Assembly (NCBI GenBank): GCA_014237925.1
Contig: JABACB010000005.1
Location: 5,990-69,989 of the forward strand
DNA: 64,000 nt
Origin: Alphaproteobacteria bacterium
GTDB taxonomy: Bacteria; Pseudomonadota; Alphaproteobacteria; JABAAW01
Reading direction: 5' to 3'
Positions within the stretch are counted from its first letter, which is position 1. Every line of letters begins with the position of its first letter. The position numbers were made by a program, and so were the translations under genes. The notes below the pieces were generated by a model. That model was given only the letters and a program-made list of their open reading frames with translations. It made no database searches and was not told where the DNA came from. Below are positions 38,172 to 48,385 of this stretch, one piece after another.

Positions 38172-40526
38172 ATGACCGTCCAAAGTCCGAAGAAAGCACG
38201 CGAAGCCGCCACGCTCAGCAAAGCGGCGCTCGCCTACCACCGCACCGCCCCCGCCGGCAAGCTCGCCATCGTGGCGACGAAGCCGATGGAAACACAGCGC
38301 GACCTCGCGCTCGCCTATTCGCCCGGGGTCGCGGCAGCTTGTCTCGCCATCAAAGAAGACGCCGAGCAAGCTTACGAGCTCACCGCGCGTGGAAATCTAG
38401 TTGCCGTCATCAGCAACGGCACCGCCGTACTGGGGCTGGGCGCGATCGGCGCGCTGGCTGCCAAACCCGTCATGGAGGGGAAAGCCGTCCTATTCAAAAA
38501 GTTTGCCGATATCGATGTCTTCGATCTCGAAATCGACGAGCGCGATCCCGACAAGTTCGTCGACATCGTAGCCTCGCTGGAACCTTCTTTCGGAGGGATC
38601 AATCTGGAAGACATCCGCGCGCCAGAATGTTTCGCTATCGAAACAAAGTTGCAAGAGCGCATGAAGATCCCCGTCTTCCACGACGACCAACACGGCACCG
38701 CCATTATCGTTGCCGCTGCGGTGCAGAACGCGCTCGAACTCGTCGGACGAAAGCTCAGTGAGACAAAAACCGTCGTGCTGGGCGCAGGCGCTGCTGCTAC
38801 CGCATGCATCAATCTGTTGTACGAGATGGGAATGAGCCGCAAAAACCTTCTTGTTTGCGACTCCAAGGGAGTTCTTACCAAGTCGCGCGGCGATCTTTCG
38901 GGAGAAAAGGCTCGTTTCGCTGTCGAAACGAACCTCACAACCCTGTCGGCGGCGCTGCAAGGCGCGCATCTTTTCATCGGTTTGTCCGTTGCGGGCGCTG
39001 TTTCTCCCGAACAGATCGCAACGATGGGAGACAAGCCGATCGTCATGGCGCTGGCGAATCCCGACCCCGAGATTCGACCCGAAGAGGTGAGGCGCGTCAA
39101 GCCCGATGCGATCGTTGCAACGGGACGCTCGGACTATCCGAATCAGGTGAACAATGTTTTGTGCTTTCCTTTCTTGTTTCGCGGTGCGCTGGATGTGAGA
39201 GCGACCGCCATCAACACAGCCATGAAGACCGCCTGCGTGCATGCGCTTGCCGACTTGGCGAAACAGGTGGTGCCGGCAATCGTGATGCATGCCTACGGAG
39301 CAGAGGACATGAGCTTCAGCGCAGAGTATGTGATCCCCAAACCCTTGGATCCTCGCTTGATGCTCGCCATCGCTCCTGCGGTCGCCAAGGCGGCGACGGC
39401 AACAGGGGTGGCGAGGCGTCCGATCAACAATTTCGATGACTACAAACGTAGTTTGATGCAATTCATTCACCGCTCAGGACTGGTGATGCGTCCCTTGATG
39501 GAGCAAGCGCGCACCGATCCGCGCAGGGTCGTCTTTGCAGAGGGGGAGGAGCCTCATATCTTGCAAGCCGTCTCGACCTTGCTGGAAGAGCAGCTGGCGC
39601 AGCCCGTTCTGATCGGAAGACGCAGCGTCTTGCAAGCGCGCGCTAAACGCTATGGACTGAATTTGGGCTTGGATTTGGGCTTGGATTCAGACAGCAATTC
39701 GAAATCGGGCGCAGCGTCGAAGATGGGGGTGGAGATTTGCGATCCCGAATCCGATCCGCGCTATCGTGAGTATTGGCAACTGTACCACGATCTTTTGGGT
39801 CGACGCGGTGTCACGCAGGATACCGCCAAGGCGGCGGTGCGCACAGAGAACACGGTGATCGCTGCCTTGATGGTGCGGCGCGGCGAAGCGGAAGCGATGG
39901 TCTGCGGGGCGGTCAAGCCCTATCGACATCATCTGCGTCATATCGATCAGGTGCTAGGCACGCATGTCGATTGTCCGAAGATGCTCTCGCTCACATTGCT
40001 GGTAACCCCTAAGGGAAACATCTTCTTGGCGGACACGCACATCGGTAGCGCGGACAGCGTCGAAGATTTTGTGACGATGACGCTCCTTGCTGCGGCCGAA
40101 GTAAGAAAGTTCGGCTTGGAGCCCAAAGTCGCCCTGTTGTCGAGCTCGAACTTCGGATCGCACGACGACGCCTCGGCAGGAAGGATGCGCGCGGCGGTTG
40201 CACGCTTGCACGCAAGCCATCCCGAGATGGAGGTGGACGGCGAAATGCAAGCCGACACCGCGCTCGACGAGCGATTGCGCGCCAGATTGTTTCCTGCAAG
40301 CAAGCTGAAAGGACAGGCGAATTTGTTGATCCTTCCCGATTTGGACAGTGGCAATATCGCCTACAACGCGCTCAAAATCTTGGCGGACGGAAAGGTCGTC
40401 GGACCGATGTTGCGCGGTTGTGCCTATCCTGCGCATATCGTGTCGAACTCGACCGATGTGCAAGGCATCGTCAACATGACGGCGGTGGCGGTCGTCGACG
40501 CGCAGCAGAAGCGGCGCGGCAACTGA
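38172..40526 (+). CDS. maeB: NADP-dependent malic enzyme with a C-terminal phosphate-acetyltransferase-like domain
   Basis: [14 protein letters not shown]...[14 protein letters not shown]...GGINLEDI...[11 protein letters not shown] plus a PTA-like C-terminal half. [12 protein letters not shown] insert comes from a 12-nt repeat at about 39655-39700. The ATG at 38172 was verified. Confidence 0.93.
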   Translation: MTVQSPKKAREAATLSKAALAYHRTAPAGKLAIVATKPMETQRDLALAYSPGVAAACLAIKEDAEQAYELTARGNLVAVISNGTAVLGLGAIGALAAKPVMEGKAVLFKKFADIDVFDLEIDERDPDKFVDIVASLEPSFGGINLEDIRAPECFAIETKLQERMKIPVFHDDQHGTAIIVAAAVQNALELVGRKLSETKTVVLGAGAAATACINLLYEMGMSRKNLLVCDSKGVLTKSRGDLSGEKARFAVETNLTTLSAALQGAHLFIGLSVAGAVSPEQIATMGDKPIVMALANPDPEIRPEEVRRVKPDAIVATGRSDYPNQVNNVLCFPFLFRGALDVRATAINTAMKTACVHALADLAKQVVPAIVMHAYGAEDMSFSAEYVIPKPLDPRLMLAIAPAVAKAATATGVARRPINNFDDYKRSLMQFIHRSGLVMRPLMEQARTDPRRVVFAEGEEPHILQAVSTLLEEQLAQPVLIGRRSVLQARAKRYGLNLGLDLGLDSDSNSKSGAASKMGVEICDPESDPRYREYWQLYHDLLGRRGVTQDTAKAAVRTENTVIAALMVRRGEAEAMVCGAVKPYRHHLRHIDQVLGTHVDCPKMLSLTLLVTPKGNIFLADTHIGSADSVEDFVTMTLLAAAEVRKFGLEPKVALLSSSNFGSHDDASAGRMRAAVARLHASHPEMEVDGEMQADTALDERLRARLFPASKLKGQANLLILPDLDSGNIAYNALKILADGKVVGPMLRGCAYPAHIVSNSTDVQGIVNMTAVAVVDAQQKRRGN

Positions 40527-40531
40527 CCCCG

Positions 40532-41965
40532 ATGACGGAGCAACGGAACGCGCCGAAAGACCTTCCGGCGGACGCCTATCGAGAAGCTTATTCGGAAGCT
40601 TATCCTGGCGTCTACGAGGAGAAACGAGAAAACACGCGCCTCGCTCTGCCGCAGCTGCTGGCAGCGCATCGTCGCAAGCGTATCGCGACCCTTTTGGCGG
40701 ACCTCTACGCTGAGGATCAGGCGGAGCTCTTGAGCGAGCTTGCGCCCGAGCAACGACGGACTGCGTTGCGCGCGCTCGGAGACGGCTTGCTGCCCGACAC
40801 GCTCACCCATTTCGAGCCTAGTCTTTTGTCCGATGTCGTCGCCCTCTTGCCGAAGGTGCGCTTGGCGAGCATGCTCTCGGCGCTGCAGACCGACGATTTG
40901 GTCGAGCTGTTTGAAACTCTTCCCTCCGAGACGAGCCATCGCCTGCTCGACCTCCTTCTGCCTCGAACGAGGCTTTTGATCCGACAGGGGCTTCGCTACG
41001 CCGAGGACAGCGCGGGCAGACTGATGCGACGCGAGATCGCCACCGTGCCGGAGCATTGGTCGGTCGGACAGATCATCGACTACTTTCGCTCTGCCAAGGC
41101 GCGCGGAACGCAAATGCGCGAATCCTTCTATGCGGTCATTCTCGTCTCGCCGGAGTTGCGTCCCGTAGGAACGGTGCCCGTCTCGCGTCTGCTCGCCTCG
41201 AAACGCACCGTACTGGCGATGGACATTGCAGAGCACGAAATGCATCTCATCGAGGTCGGCATGCACACCGACAAGGTTGCTCATCTCTTTCACAAGTACG
41301 GGTTGGTCGAGCTGCCCGTCATAGACGAGCGCGGAAGACTCTGCGGCTCTGTTACCGTCGACGATGTCGTCGAGGTCATCGAAGAGCGCAACGAAGAAGA
41401 CATTCTCAACCTGGCGGGTGTCAGCGCGCACGACTTCTACGCCGATCTCTTACAAATCTTGCGAGCTCGCCTGCCGTGGCTCGCGCTCAACTTGCTGACA
41501 GCCTTCCTCGCATCGCGCGTCGTTGCAGGGTTCGCTCAAGCCATCGAGCAGCTCGTCGCACTTGCCGTGCTGATGCCGATCGTCGCCTCCATGGGCGGAA
41601 ACGCAGGAACACAAACGCTCGCCGTCACCGTGCGCTCGCTCGCCCTTCAACGAATCAGCGGACGCAATGTGCGCAGACTCGTCGGAAAAGAATGCCTGCT
41701 CAACCTCATCAACGGCATGCTGTTTGCTGTCCTCACCAGTCTCGTCGCATGGTGGTGGTTCGACGATGTTGTCTTGTCCGTCGTCATCCTCGTGGCAATG
41801 GGCGCAAACATCCTGCTTGCAGGAATCGTCGGCGTCTGCACGCCGCTCTTGCTGCAACGCCTCGAGCAAGACCCCGCCGTCGGCTCCAGCATTATTCTCA
41901 CGACATGCACCGATATCTTCGGCTTCTTCAGCTTCTTGGGACTCGCCGCATGGATCTTGCTTTAG
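40532..41965 (+). CDS. mgtE: Magnesium transporter MgtE
   Basis: An MgtE N-domain, a CBS pair (LVELPVIDERGRLCGSVTVDDV), and a C-terminal 5-TM domain (PIVASMGGNAGTQ). The ATG at 40532 was verified. Confidence 0.92.
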   Translation: MTEQRNAPKDLPADAYREAYSEAYPGVYEEKRENTRLALPQLLAAHRRKRIATLLADLYAEDQAELLSELAPEQRRTALRALGDGLLPDTLTHFEPSLLSDVVALLPKVRLASMLSALQTDDLVELFETLPSETSHRLLDLLLPRTRLLIRQGLRYAEDSAGRLMRREIATVPEHWSVGQIIDYFRSAKARGTQMRESFYAVILVSPELRPVGTVPVSRLLASKRTVLAMDIAEHEMHLIEVGMHTDKVAHLFHKYGLVELPVIDERGRLCGSVTVDDVVEVIEERNEEDILNLAGVSAHDFYADLLQILRARLPWLALNLLTAFLASRVVAGFAQAIEQLVALAVLMPIVASMGGNAGTQTLAVTVRSLALQRISGRNVRRLVGKECLLNLINGMLFAVLTSLVAWWWFDDVVLSVVILVAMGANILLAGIVGVCTPLLLQRLEQDPAVGSSIILTTCTDIFGFFSFLGLAAWILL

Positions 41966-42052
41966 AAAACAAATTCCAAGAAACCTCCAATCTGCTAGCA
42001 TTCCTCCCTGAAAAATGTCTTCTGACCATCTGTCTTGTTAGGGAGGTTTCTC

Positions 42053-43069
42053 GTGGCTAACAAACCTCACGCGAAGGAGCAAAAGAGAACGTCGGGAAAG
42101 GCTCGTGCACCGCGCGTAGCCTTTGTCTTGCCTTGCTACAACGAGGAAGATGCCTTGAAAAAGACCGTTCCCAAGCTGCTCGAGCTTCTGTCTGCGCTCG
42201 AGCGGCGGGGCTTGGCGCACGCTTCCAGTTATCTCTACTTCTGCGACGACGGCTCCTACGACGACACTTGGAAGGTCTTGCGTTCTTTGCGCAAAAACGA
42301 TGTCAAGAAGTCTCGTATCTGCGGCTTGCGCTTCGTCGCCAACCGAGGGCGAGAGGTGGCTCTCTACGCAGGGCTCGTCAGGCAGGTGGGCGCGTGCGAT
42401 TACGCAATCTCCTTGGACGCCGACTTGCAAGACGATCTGTCGCTCGTTCCTCGAATGCTCGAGATCGCGCGAAAGGGCGAAGTAGACGTCGTCTCGGCAA
42501 TTCGCAAGAGCAGGCGCAGCGACGCGCTCTTCAAGCGTCTGAGCGCGAGCCTCTTTTATTTCTCCTTGCGCTTCTTCTTTCGCGTGCCGGCAGAGAACGA
42601 AGCCGACTTTCGCCTGATGAGCCAAAACAGTCTGCGCGCGCTCGCGCTCTACCGCGAGCGTCGCATCTATCTGCGCGGGTTGGTGACGCGTATGGGCTTT
42701 CGTAGCGAAAAGCTCTACTACGAGCGCCAAGAGCGCATCGGCGGCGAGACGAAATACACCTTACGCAAGATGATCGGCTTGGCGCTGGATGGTATCACTT
42801 CGCAATCGACGCACCCTCTGCGCGTCGTGTTTTTTTTGGGGGTCGTCATGTTCTTCGGATGTCTGGGCTTGGCGAGCTACTTCTTCTACCAGTGGTTCTT
42901 GGGGGAGACCGTGCCGGGATGGGCGTCGTTAGTTTTGCTGATCCTGTTTGTCAGCAGCTTGCAGTCCTTGGCGCTGGGGGTCGTCGGCGAGTATTTGGGG
43001 AAGGTTTTTTGGGAGGTACGAGGCAACCCTCGCTATTTGATCGAGGAGGAGCTGCCGAAAGAGAAATGA
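42053..43069 (+). CDS. Family 2 glycosyltransferase (polyprenyl-phosphate sugar transferase, GtrB/ArnC-like) with two C-terminal TM helices
   Basis: VLPCYNEEDAL...FCDDGSYDDT...DADLQDD motifs. The GTG at 42053 is preceded by GGGAGG (42041-42046). Confidence 0.85.
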   Translation: MANKPHAKEQKRTSGKARAPRVAFVLPCYNEEDALKKTVPKLLELLSALERRGLAHASSYLYFCDDGSYDDTWKVLRSLRKNDVKKSRICGLRFVANRGREVALYAGLVRQVGACDYAISLDADLQDDLSLVPRMLEIARKGEVDVVSAIRKSRRSDALFKRLSASLFYFSLRFFFRVPAENEADFRLMSQNSLRALALYRERRIYLRGLVTRMGFRSEKLYYERQERIGGETKYTLRKMIGLALDGITSQSTHPLRVVFFLGVVMFFGCLGLASYFFYQWFLGETVPGWASLVLLILFVSSLQSLALGVVGEYLGKVFWEVRGNPRYLIEEELPKEK

Positions 43070-44388
43070 CGCACCGAGCGACGCTCTCGTCTCCATAGGA
43101 GCAGGCTGAGGCAGAGTGCGAGCAGTTGAAGGAGGATGCTTGCGCTCAAGGCGTATTGCAGGGCTTGGGCGGGGGCGAGCAGCAGTTGCTTTTGCAGCAG
43201 TTGGTTGAGGGCGCCGATGGCGACTTGGAAGAAGAAGGAGAGGGCGAAGACGCAGAAGTTGAGGCTGGAATTGACGCGCCCTGTCAGGCGTGGCGCGAAG
43301 TTGGCGGCGTAGGCGGCGTAGGCGACGGTGATGCCTGCGCCGAAGAGCCCGAACAGGAAGGCGTAGAGCAGCAGCAGGGGGATCGTGCTTGGAAAAAGGA
43401 GCAGGCTTTGCACAAGGCAGAAGAGGAGCGCGCAGACGACGGGGGTTGTCATGAGGGGGGTTCGGTGTCGCTTTTGCAGGTGGGAGGCAAGCAGTCCCAT
43501 GCAGCAGAAGCCGCAGAGCAATCCGAAGGCGGCGATGCTGACGACCTGCGTTGCCAATGTGGTGCTTTTTTGCAAACCTTGCTCAACCCAAGCTTGATTG
43601 ACCCATGCTTGATTAACCCATGCGGGCAGCCACAATCCGTGAATACCGAGCACGGAGGCTTGCGCGACTGCGGCAAAGGGCAGGGGGATGAAGAAGCGCG
43701 GGTCGCGGAAGAGGCGCGTTGTTTCGCCGATCTGCCTTGCAAGGTCTTGCAAGAGGGTTGGGGCGTAAGGGCTTGTTTCTGTTGATGTTTTTTTCTCTTT
43801 GCGCGAGAGATTTTTCTTCTCTCCCTGAGCGAAGGGCTTGTTGGGGACGAAGCAGGCGATCGAGAGCGCAGCGAGCAGGGTGAGAGCTGCCAAGCCGATG
43901 TTGAGGTCGCGCCATCCTGCGAAGTTCAAGACGAAGTTGGCGGGCGTGCCTGCTGAGAGCGCACCGAAGGCGCCGATGGAGAGGAAGACACCTGTTGCAA
44001 GCGGGAGGTTGTGGCTGGGTATGCAGAGCTTGAGCGCTTTCAAGCCTGCCATAAAGCATGCCGAGACGCCGATGCCCACGAGCAAGCGGGCGAGGAAGAG
44101 GGCGTTGAGCGATTCTGCTTTGGCAAAGAGGAAAGCGCCGAGCGCGGCGAGGATGACGAGCACGACTTGGACGGGTTTCGCGCCGTAGCGATCGAGCAGG
44201 ATACCGAGAGGAAGCTGGCACAATCCGAACGAGAGGAAGTAGGCGGAGGCGAGGTAGCCGACCTCAAGGGAATCCAGCCCCAGCTCTGCCGAGAGCGACG
44301 GTTCCAGCGTTCCCATGAGCGTTCGGTAGAGCATGGAGAGCGCGTAGGGAAAGGCGAACAGGAGCAGGATGCGGTAGGAGGGAAGCAT
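43033..44388 (-). CDS. MFS transporter
   Basis: 451 aa, about 12 TM helices, and the MFS loop motif LGILLDRYGAKP. It contains an AWVNQ x3 repeat from a 15-nt tandem repeat at about 43585-43625. The 3' end overlaps the convergent GT2 gene by 37 nt. Confidence 0.85.
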   Translation of the reverse strand: MLPSYRILLLFAFPYALSMLYRTLMGTLEPSLSAELGLDSLEVGYLASAYFLSFGLCQLPLGILLDRYGAKPVQVVLVILAALGAFLFAKAESLNALFLARLLVGIGVSACFMAGLKALKLCIPSHNLPLATGVFLSIGAFGALSAGTPANFVLNFAGWRDLNIGLAALTLLAALSIACFVPNKPFAQGEKKNLSRKEKKTSTETSPYAPTLLQDLARQIGETTRLFRDPRFFIPLPFAAVAQASVLGIHGLWLPAWVNQAWVNQAWVEQGLQKSTTLATQVVSIAAFGLLCGFCCMGLLASHLQKRHRTPLMTTPVVCALLFCLVQSLLLFPSTIPLLLLYAFLFGLFGAGITVAYAAYAANFAPRLTGRVNSSLNFCVFALSFFFQVAIGALNQLLQKQLLLAPAQALQYALSASILLQLLALCLSLLLWRRERRSVRHFSFGSSSSIK

Positions 44389-44612
44389 GGAGGGGAGGAG
44401 GCACTCGGCACAACAAACACGAATACAGACACGAATACAGACATGAATGTAGACACGCTATTGATCAACATGCCATAGTTCGCCTGCTTTTCTGTGGTGT
44501 GCGAATCTGTGGTGCGTTTTTGCGAATCGCGTGTGAGTTGTTGTTTCTTTTATCGTTCAACTCAATACATCATCCGCAGTTCTTTTGTAAGGAGAAAGAA
44601 GGTCAAGGCTTC

Positions 44613-45278
44613 ATGTCTTTTCTTCTCGCCACGCATGTTGTTTTCGGCTTGGGATCGCTGGTGGCGGCGGGCGGCGCGTTGCTGGCAACTAAGGGGGGAA
44701 GGCGACACAGGCTTTGCGGCAGGCTTTATGTGGCGGGCATGGCGGTTGTCGGTCTCTCAGGCTTGACGCTGGCGATTGCCATAGAAAGCATGTTTCTAGG
44801 CTGTATCGCGCTTTTCAGCGGATATTTCGTCTACAGCGGGGCTCGTTTTGTCTATCGAGGCGAGGGGAGGGCGAGCATGCTCGACTGGCTCGTGCTGGCA
44901 GTCTTCCTCGCGCTCGCAGCGAGCATGGCGGTGCTGGCTGCGGTCTTCTATCGGGTTCAGGACGGACGCTGGGTCGTCTTGAGCGTCTTTGCTGCTCTCG
45001 CTTTCTTGCTCGGAGGCGGAGACGCTCGGCATTATCGAGACCTTCGTCGAAAGGAAGAGCAAAAGAAAGAGAAAGAATCCGCAGCCGTACGAGGACGAGC
45101 GAGGAAAGTGCGTATCAAAAAGCATTTGGCACATATGCTCGGCGCAACGATTGCAACGACAACCGCGTTTACTGTCACCAACATATCAAGCGAGCCAATA
45201 TGGCTCGCTTGGCTCGCTCCTACAGCCTTGTTCTTGCCGCTAATCTTTTATTGGGCAAGAAAGGTCGACATGAAGTGA
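44613..45278 (+). CDS. Hypothetical integral membrane protein
   Basis: 221 aa with 5-6 hydrophobic helices and a Lys/Glu-rich loop. GGAG lies upstream of the ATG at 44613. I recognise no family. Confidence 0.6.
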   Translation: MSFLLATHVVFGLGSLVAAGGALLATKGGRRHRLCGRLYVAGMAVVGLSGLTLAIAIESMFLGCIALFSGYFVYSGARFVYRGEGRASMLDWLVLAVFLALAASMAVLAAVFYRVQDGRWVVLSVFAALAFLLGGGDARHYRDLRRKEEQKKEKESAAVRGRARKVRIKKHLAHMLGATIATTTAFTVTNISSEPIWLAWLAPTALFLPLIFYWARKVDMK

Positions 45279-45350
45279 TGCCATAGAGACGATGTCATAG
45301 AGACGATGCCATAGAGACGATGCCATAGAGACGATGTCATAGAGACGATG
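45277..45350. repeat. 14-nt tandem repeat GATG(C/T)CATAGAGAC, about 5.3 copies
   Basis: Units start at 45277, 45291, 45305, 45319, 45333 and 45347 (partial). The first unit overlaps the TGA of the upstream gene. The array ends 38 nt before the dapA ATG. Confidence 0.92.
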
Positions 45351-45387
45351 TTTGCCCTTGACCTCTTTCTGTGCTACCCTTGAGTTG

Positions 45388-46323
45388 ATGACAGAGCTAG
45401 CTCCCTTTCGCGGTATCTTCACCGCCCTTGCAACGCCCTTCGACGAGCAAGGCAAGGTCGATGCGACCTCCTATCGCAACCTCATCGAATACCAAATCGA
45501 AGCAGGCGTGCAAGGACTCGTGCCTGTAGGAACGACGGGCGAATCGCCCACCCTCGACGCAGAAGAACACAAGCGTGTCCTCGCGCTCTGCATAGAATAC
45601 ACGGCAGGGCGCGTGCCTGTCGTTGCCGGCGCAGGCGCAAACGCCACGCACGAGGCTGTCAGCCTGGCGCGCTTCGCCAAACAAGCAGGCGCGCAGGCTA
45701 CCCTGCAGGTCGCCCCCTACTACAACAAGCCTTCTCAAGAAGGCTTGTACGCCCACTTCTGCACGATCGCCGAGAAATCTGACTTGCCCGTCATGCTCTA
45801 CAATGTGCCGGCACGCACCTCTGTGCATTTGGAAGTGCCTACTGTTGTGCGCCTTGTCGAAGATTGCCCCCTCGTCGTTGCGCTCAAGGATGCTGCGCCG
45901 CACGACCTCACGCGCCCCGCCCAGCTCGCGCGGGCGAATTTGCGCGAGAACTTCACTCTCCTCTCCGGCGAGGACGCAAGCTTCTGCGCGTTCTTGGCGA
46001 TGGGGGGAGAAGGATGCGTTTCTGTCGCTTCCAACCTTGTTCCTCATGCGATGGTTGAGATCTACAACAGCGAGAAAGCAGGCGACAAAAACACCACGGC
46101 AAGCCTCAGAGATGCCCTTCTGCCTTTGTGGCAAGCACTGTTTTGCGAAACCAGTCCCGCTCCCGTCAAGCACGGATTGTTCCACGCGGGGCTGTTTCAA
46201 ACTGCGAAAGTACGCTTGCCTCTCGTCGAGGCGACGCCGACTGCGCACGAACGCGTCGAGCGTGCGCTTGCAGAGGTGGCACGTTACAAGCAATCTTTCG
46301 TGCCGCGCCTGTTGGCAGCCTGA
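45388..46323 (+). CDS. dapA: 4-hydroxy-tetrahydrodipicolinate synthase
   Basis: GIFTALATPF...GLVPVGTTGESPTL...YYNKPSQEG...LYNVPARTS...ALKDA. The ATG at 45388 was verified. Confidence 0.95.
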   Translation: MTELAPFRGIFTALATPFDEQGKVDATSYRNLIEYQIEAGVQGLVPVGTTGESPTLDAEEHKRVLALCIEYTAGRVPVVAGAGANATHEAVSLARFAKQAGAQATLQVAPYYNKPSQEGLYAHFCTIAEKSDLPVMLYNVPARTSVHLEVPTVVRLVEDCPLVVALKDAAPHDLTRPAQLARANLRENFTLLSGEDASFCAFLAMGGEGCVSVASNLVPHAMVEIYNSEKAGDKNTTASLRDALLPLWQALFCETSPAPVKHGLFHAGLFQTAKVRLPLVEATPTAHERVERALAEVARYKQSFVPRLLAA

Positions 46324-46348
46324 TAGAAGGCAGAGCGCAGAAGAACTC

Positions 46349-46885
46349 GTGTCCGCTCCCAAGTCCGCCTTGAAGGCTGGCAAAAAATCGGAAGCCAAAC
46401 ATCAAAACAGCGCACACGCCGCGCCACGCTTGGAGAACAGGAAGGCACGACACAGGTTTCGGATCGAAAAAGAGCTCGAAGCGGGCATCTGCCTCACGGG
46501 AAGCGAGGTCAAGTCTTTGCGCGCGGGACAAGTTTCTCTTTCCGACAGCTTCGCTTTCTTCAAAGAAGGAGAACTCTATCTTATGAACTGCCACATCGGC
46601 GCTTACGCGAAAGCCGTCAAGGGATACCGACACGCTCCGAAAAGACTGCGAAAGCTCTTGTTGCACAAACGCGAGATCAAAAGGCTCATCGGTGCCGTGC
46701 AACGCGGCGGCATGACGCTTGTTCCGCTCACACTCTTCTTCAACGCGAGGGGCTTTGCAAAAATCATGCTCGGCTTGGGGAAGGGCATCTCGAAGCAAGA
46801 CCGCCGCGCCGACATCGCAGAGCGAGACTGGCAGAGACGAAAAACTCGACTCACCCGCATCACGATCTCCAGAGGCGAAGGATGA
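46349..46885 (+). CDS. smpB: SsrA-binding protein SmpB
   Basis: NRKARHRFRIEKELEAGICLTGSEVKSLRAG...LLLHKREI...GMTLVPLTLFFN...K(I)MLGLGKG. The start (GTG 46349) is uncertain. The frame is part of a much longer spurious track ORF. Confidence 0.85.
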   Translation: MSAPKSALKAGKKSEAKHQNSAHAAPRLENRKARHRFRIEKELEAGICLTGSEVKSLRAGQVSLSDSFAFFKEGELYLMNCHIGAYAKAVKGYRHAPKRLRKLLLHKREIKRLIGAVQRGGMTLVPLTLFFNARGFAKIMLGLGKGISKQDRRADIAERDWQRRKTRLTRITISRGEG

Positions 46886-48252
46886 AACAACCCGCCCCGC
46901 GTGTCCGCGCCCCGCGTGTCCGCGCCCCGCGTGTTCACGCCTTGCTTGTCCGCGTCTCGCTTGTTCGCGCCTTGCTTGTCCGCGCCCCGCTTGTCCGCGT
47001 CCCGCGTGTTCACGCCCCGCGTGTTCACGCCCCGCCTGTTCAGGCTCCGCCTGTTCTGCGGCGGGCTTTCTTGTTGTTGTTCTCTCTGTCTCTGTTGCTT
47101 GTGTCGCCTGCGGGCTGGTCGCAAGAAAAGTTTTCGAAGCCCTTTTTGGACGGCTTGGCGAAGGATGCGAGCAGAGCCTCGGTCTCCCCCGACTACTGGC
47201 AGCAGACAAGAAAGATGTTGGAGCGCGAAGGGATCTCGCCGCTTGTGATCGAGCGCGACCGCTATCAACCCGAGTTTTTGGAATCTTTGCATCGCTACAC
47301 GACGCGCCGCTTGGATGCCAAGCGGATCGCGCGCGGACAAAAGCAGCTGGCAAAGCACGCAGCACTCTTGGAACGATTGCAAATAGAGTATGGCGTTCCG
47401 CGCGAGATTCTGGTTGCCATTTGGGGTTTGGAAAGCAGGTACGGCGACATCACAGGAAGGTTTCCTGTCTTGCTTGCAACCGCAACCCTCAGCGCCGAGG
47501 GGCGACGTTCCGCTTTCTTTCGCAAGCAGTTCCTGACCGCCTTGCTCGTTGCCGAGCGCGAGGGCTTTGCTCCGCATCAAATGCTTGGGTCTTGGGCTGG
47601 CGCGATGGGACAGATGCAGTTCATTCCCACAACATACTGGCAGTATGCGCGCGACGGCGACGGCGACGGCGACATCGATGTGTGGCACAATGTCGACGAC
47701 GCGCTCACCTCAGCGGCTCACTATCTCAAGCGTAGCCGCTGGCGCGAGAACATGGCTTGGGGGGGGGAGGTGCGTCTGCCTCGACGGTTCGACTTCACCC
47801 TTGCCGACAGGCAATGGCGCAAGAACGCCTTCTGGCGAAAGAAAGGGATCAAGAGCGCCCACAAGACGCAAAAGAAACGCCTGCTCAAGAACAACAAGAG
47901 CCGACTGCTCCTCCCTTCGGGGGCTGCGGGACCTGTCTTCCTTGTCTCCGAGAACTTCCGCAGCCTGTTGCGATGGAACAACTCTTCCCTCTATGCGCTC
48001 GCCGTCGGATTGCTGGCCGATCGCCTACAAGGCGCTCCTGGCTTGCTGCAAAAACCTGTAGAGCAAAGCTTACGAAAGGAAGATATCCGCCGCTTGCAAC
48101 AACGTCTGAACGCGCTCGGCTTCGATGCAGGACTTGCCGATGCCGTCTTCGGAAACCAAACTCGCCAAGCTTTGCAACGCTACCAGCAACGAGAGGGGCT
48201 TGTGCCTGACGGCTTTCCCTCGCTTGAAACCTGGCAAAAACTGGAGCTCTAG
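46882..48252 (+). CDS. Lytic murein transglycosylase (MltB/SLT_2 family) with a C-terminal peptidoglycan-binding domain
   Basis: The core is AIWGLESRYG...GSWAGAMGQMQFIPTTY...DGDGDGDIDVW. The PG_binding_1-like C-terminus is IRRLQQRLNALGFDAGLADAVFGNQTRQALQRYQ. The ATG at 46882 overlaps the smpB stop (ATGA). About 55 N-terminal residues are pentapeptide repeats that precede the signal peptide. Confidence 0.88.
   Translation: MKQPAPRVRAPRVRAPRVHALLVRVSLVRALLVRAPLVRVPRVHAPRVHAPPVQAPPVLRRAFLLLFSLSLLLVSPAGWSQEKFSKPFLDGLAKDASRASVSPDYWQQTRKMLEREGISPLVIERDRYQPEFLESLHRYTTRRLDAKRIARGQKQLAKHAALLERLQIEYGVPREILVAIWGLESRYGDITGRFPVLLATATLSAEGRRSAFFRKQFLTALLVAEREGFAPHQMLGSWAGAMGQMQFIPTTYWQYARDGDGDGDIDVWHNVDDALTSAAHYLKRSRWRENMAWGGEVRLPRRFDFTLADRQWRKNAFWRKKGIKSAHKTQKKRLLKNNKSRLLLPSGAAGPVFLVSENFRSLLRWNNSSLYALAVGLLADRLQGAPGLLQKPVEQSLRKEDIRRLQQRLNALGFDAGLADAVFGNQTRQALQRYQQREGLVPDGFPSLETWQKLEL
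46894..47058. repeat. 15-nt tandem repeat GCCCCGCGTGTCCGC, 11 diverged copies, inside the 5' end of the MltB-like gene
   Basis: Units are phased every 15 nt from 46894 to 47058. They translate to APRVR/APRVH/ALLVR-type pentapeptides. Confidence 0.92.
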
Positions 48253-48320
48253 CATCTTATCCTCGCTCAAGCATTCTTATGCGCTTCCCCCCCTTGCCCC
48301 GAGAGACAAAAAAGGCTAGG

Positions 48321-48385
48321 CAAGAATGATGACAAGAATGATGACAAGAATGATGACAAGAGTGGAGACACAAGAGTGATGACAA
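48321..48385. repeat. 12-nt tandem repeat CAAGAATGATGA, about 5 copies (the last two degenerate), running into the rlpA start codon
   Basis: Units start at 48321, 48333 and 48345, then degenerate copies follow. The rlpA GTG/ATG (48376/48379) lies in the last unit. Confidence 0.88.

Noticed and set aside
46324-46885. A tmRNA (ssrA) gene adjacent to smpB
   Set aside because: I looked for a tRNA-Ala-like acceptor/T-arm and a tag reading frame around smpB and found none. The flanks are fully occupied by dapA and the MltB-like gene.
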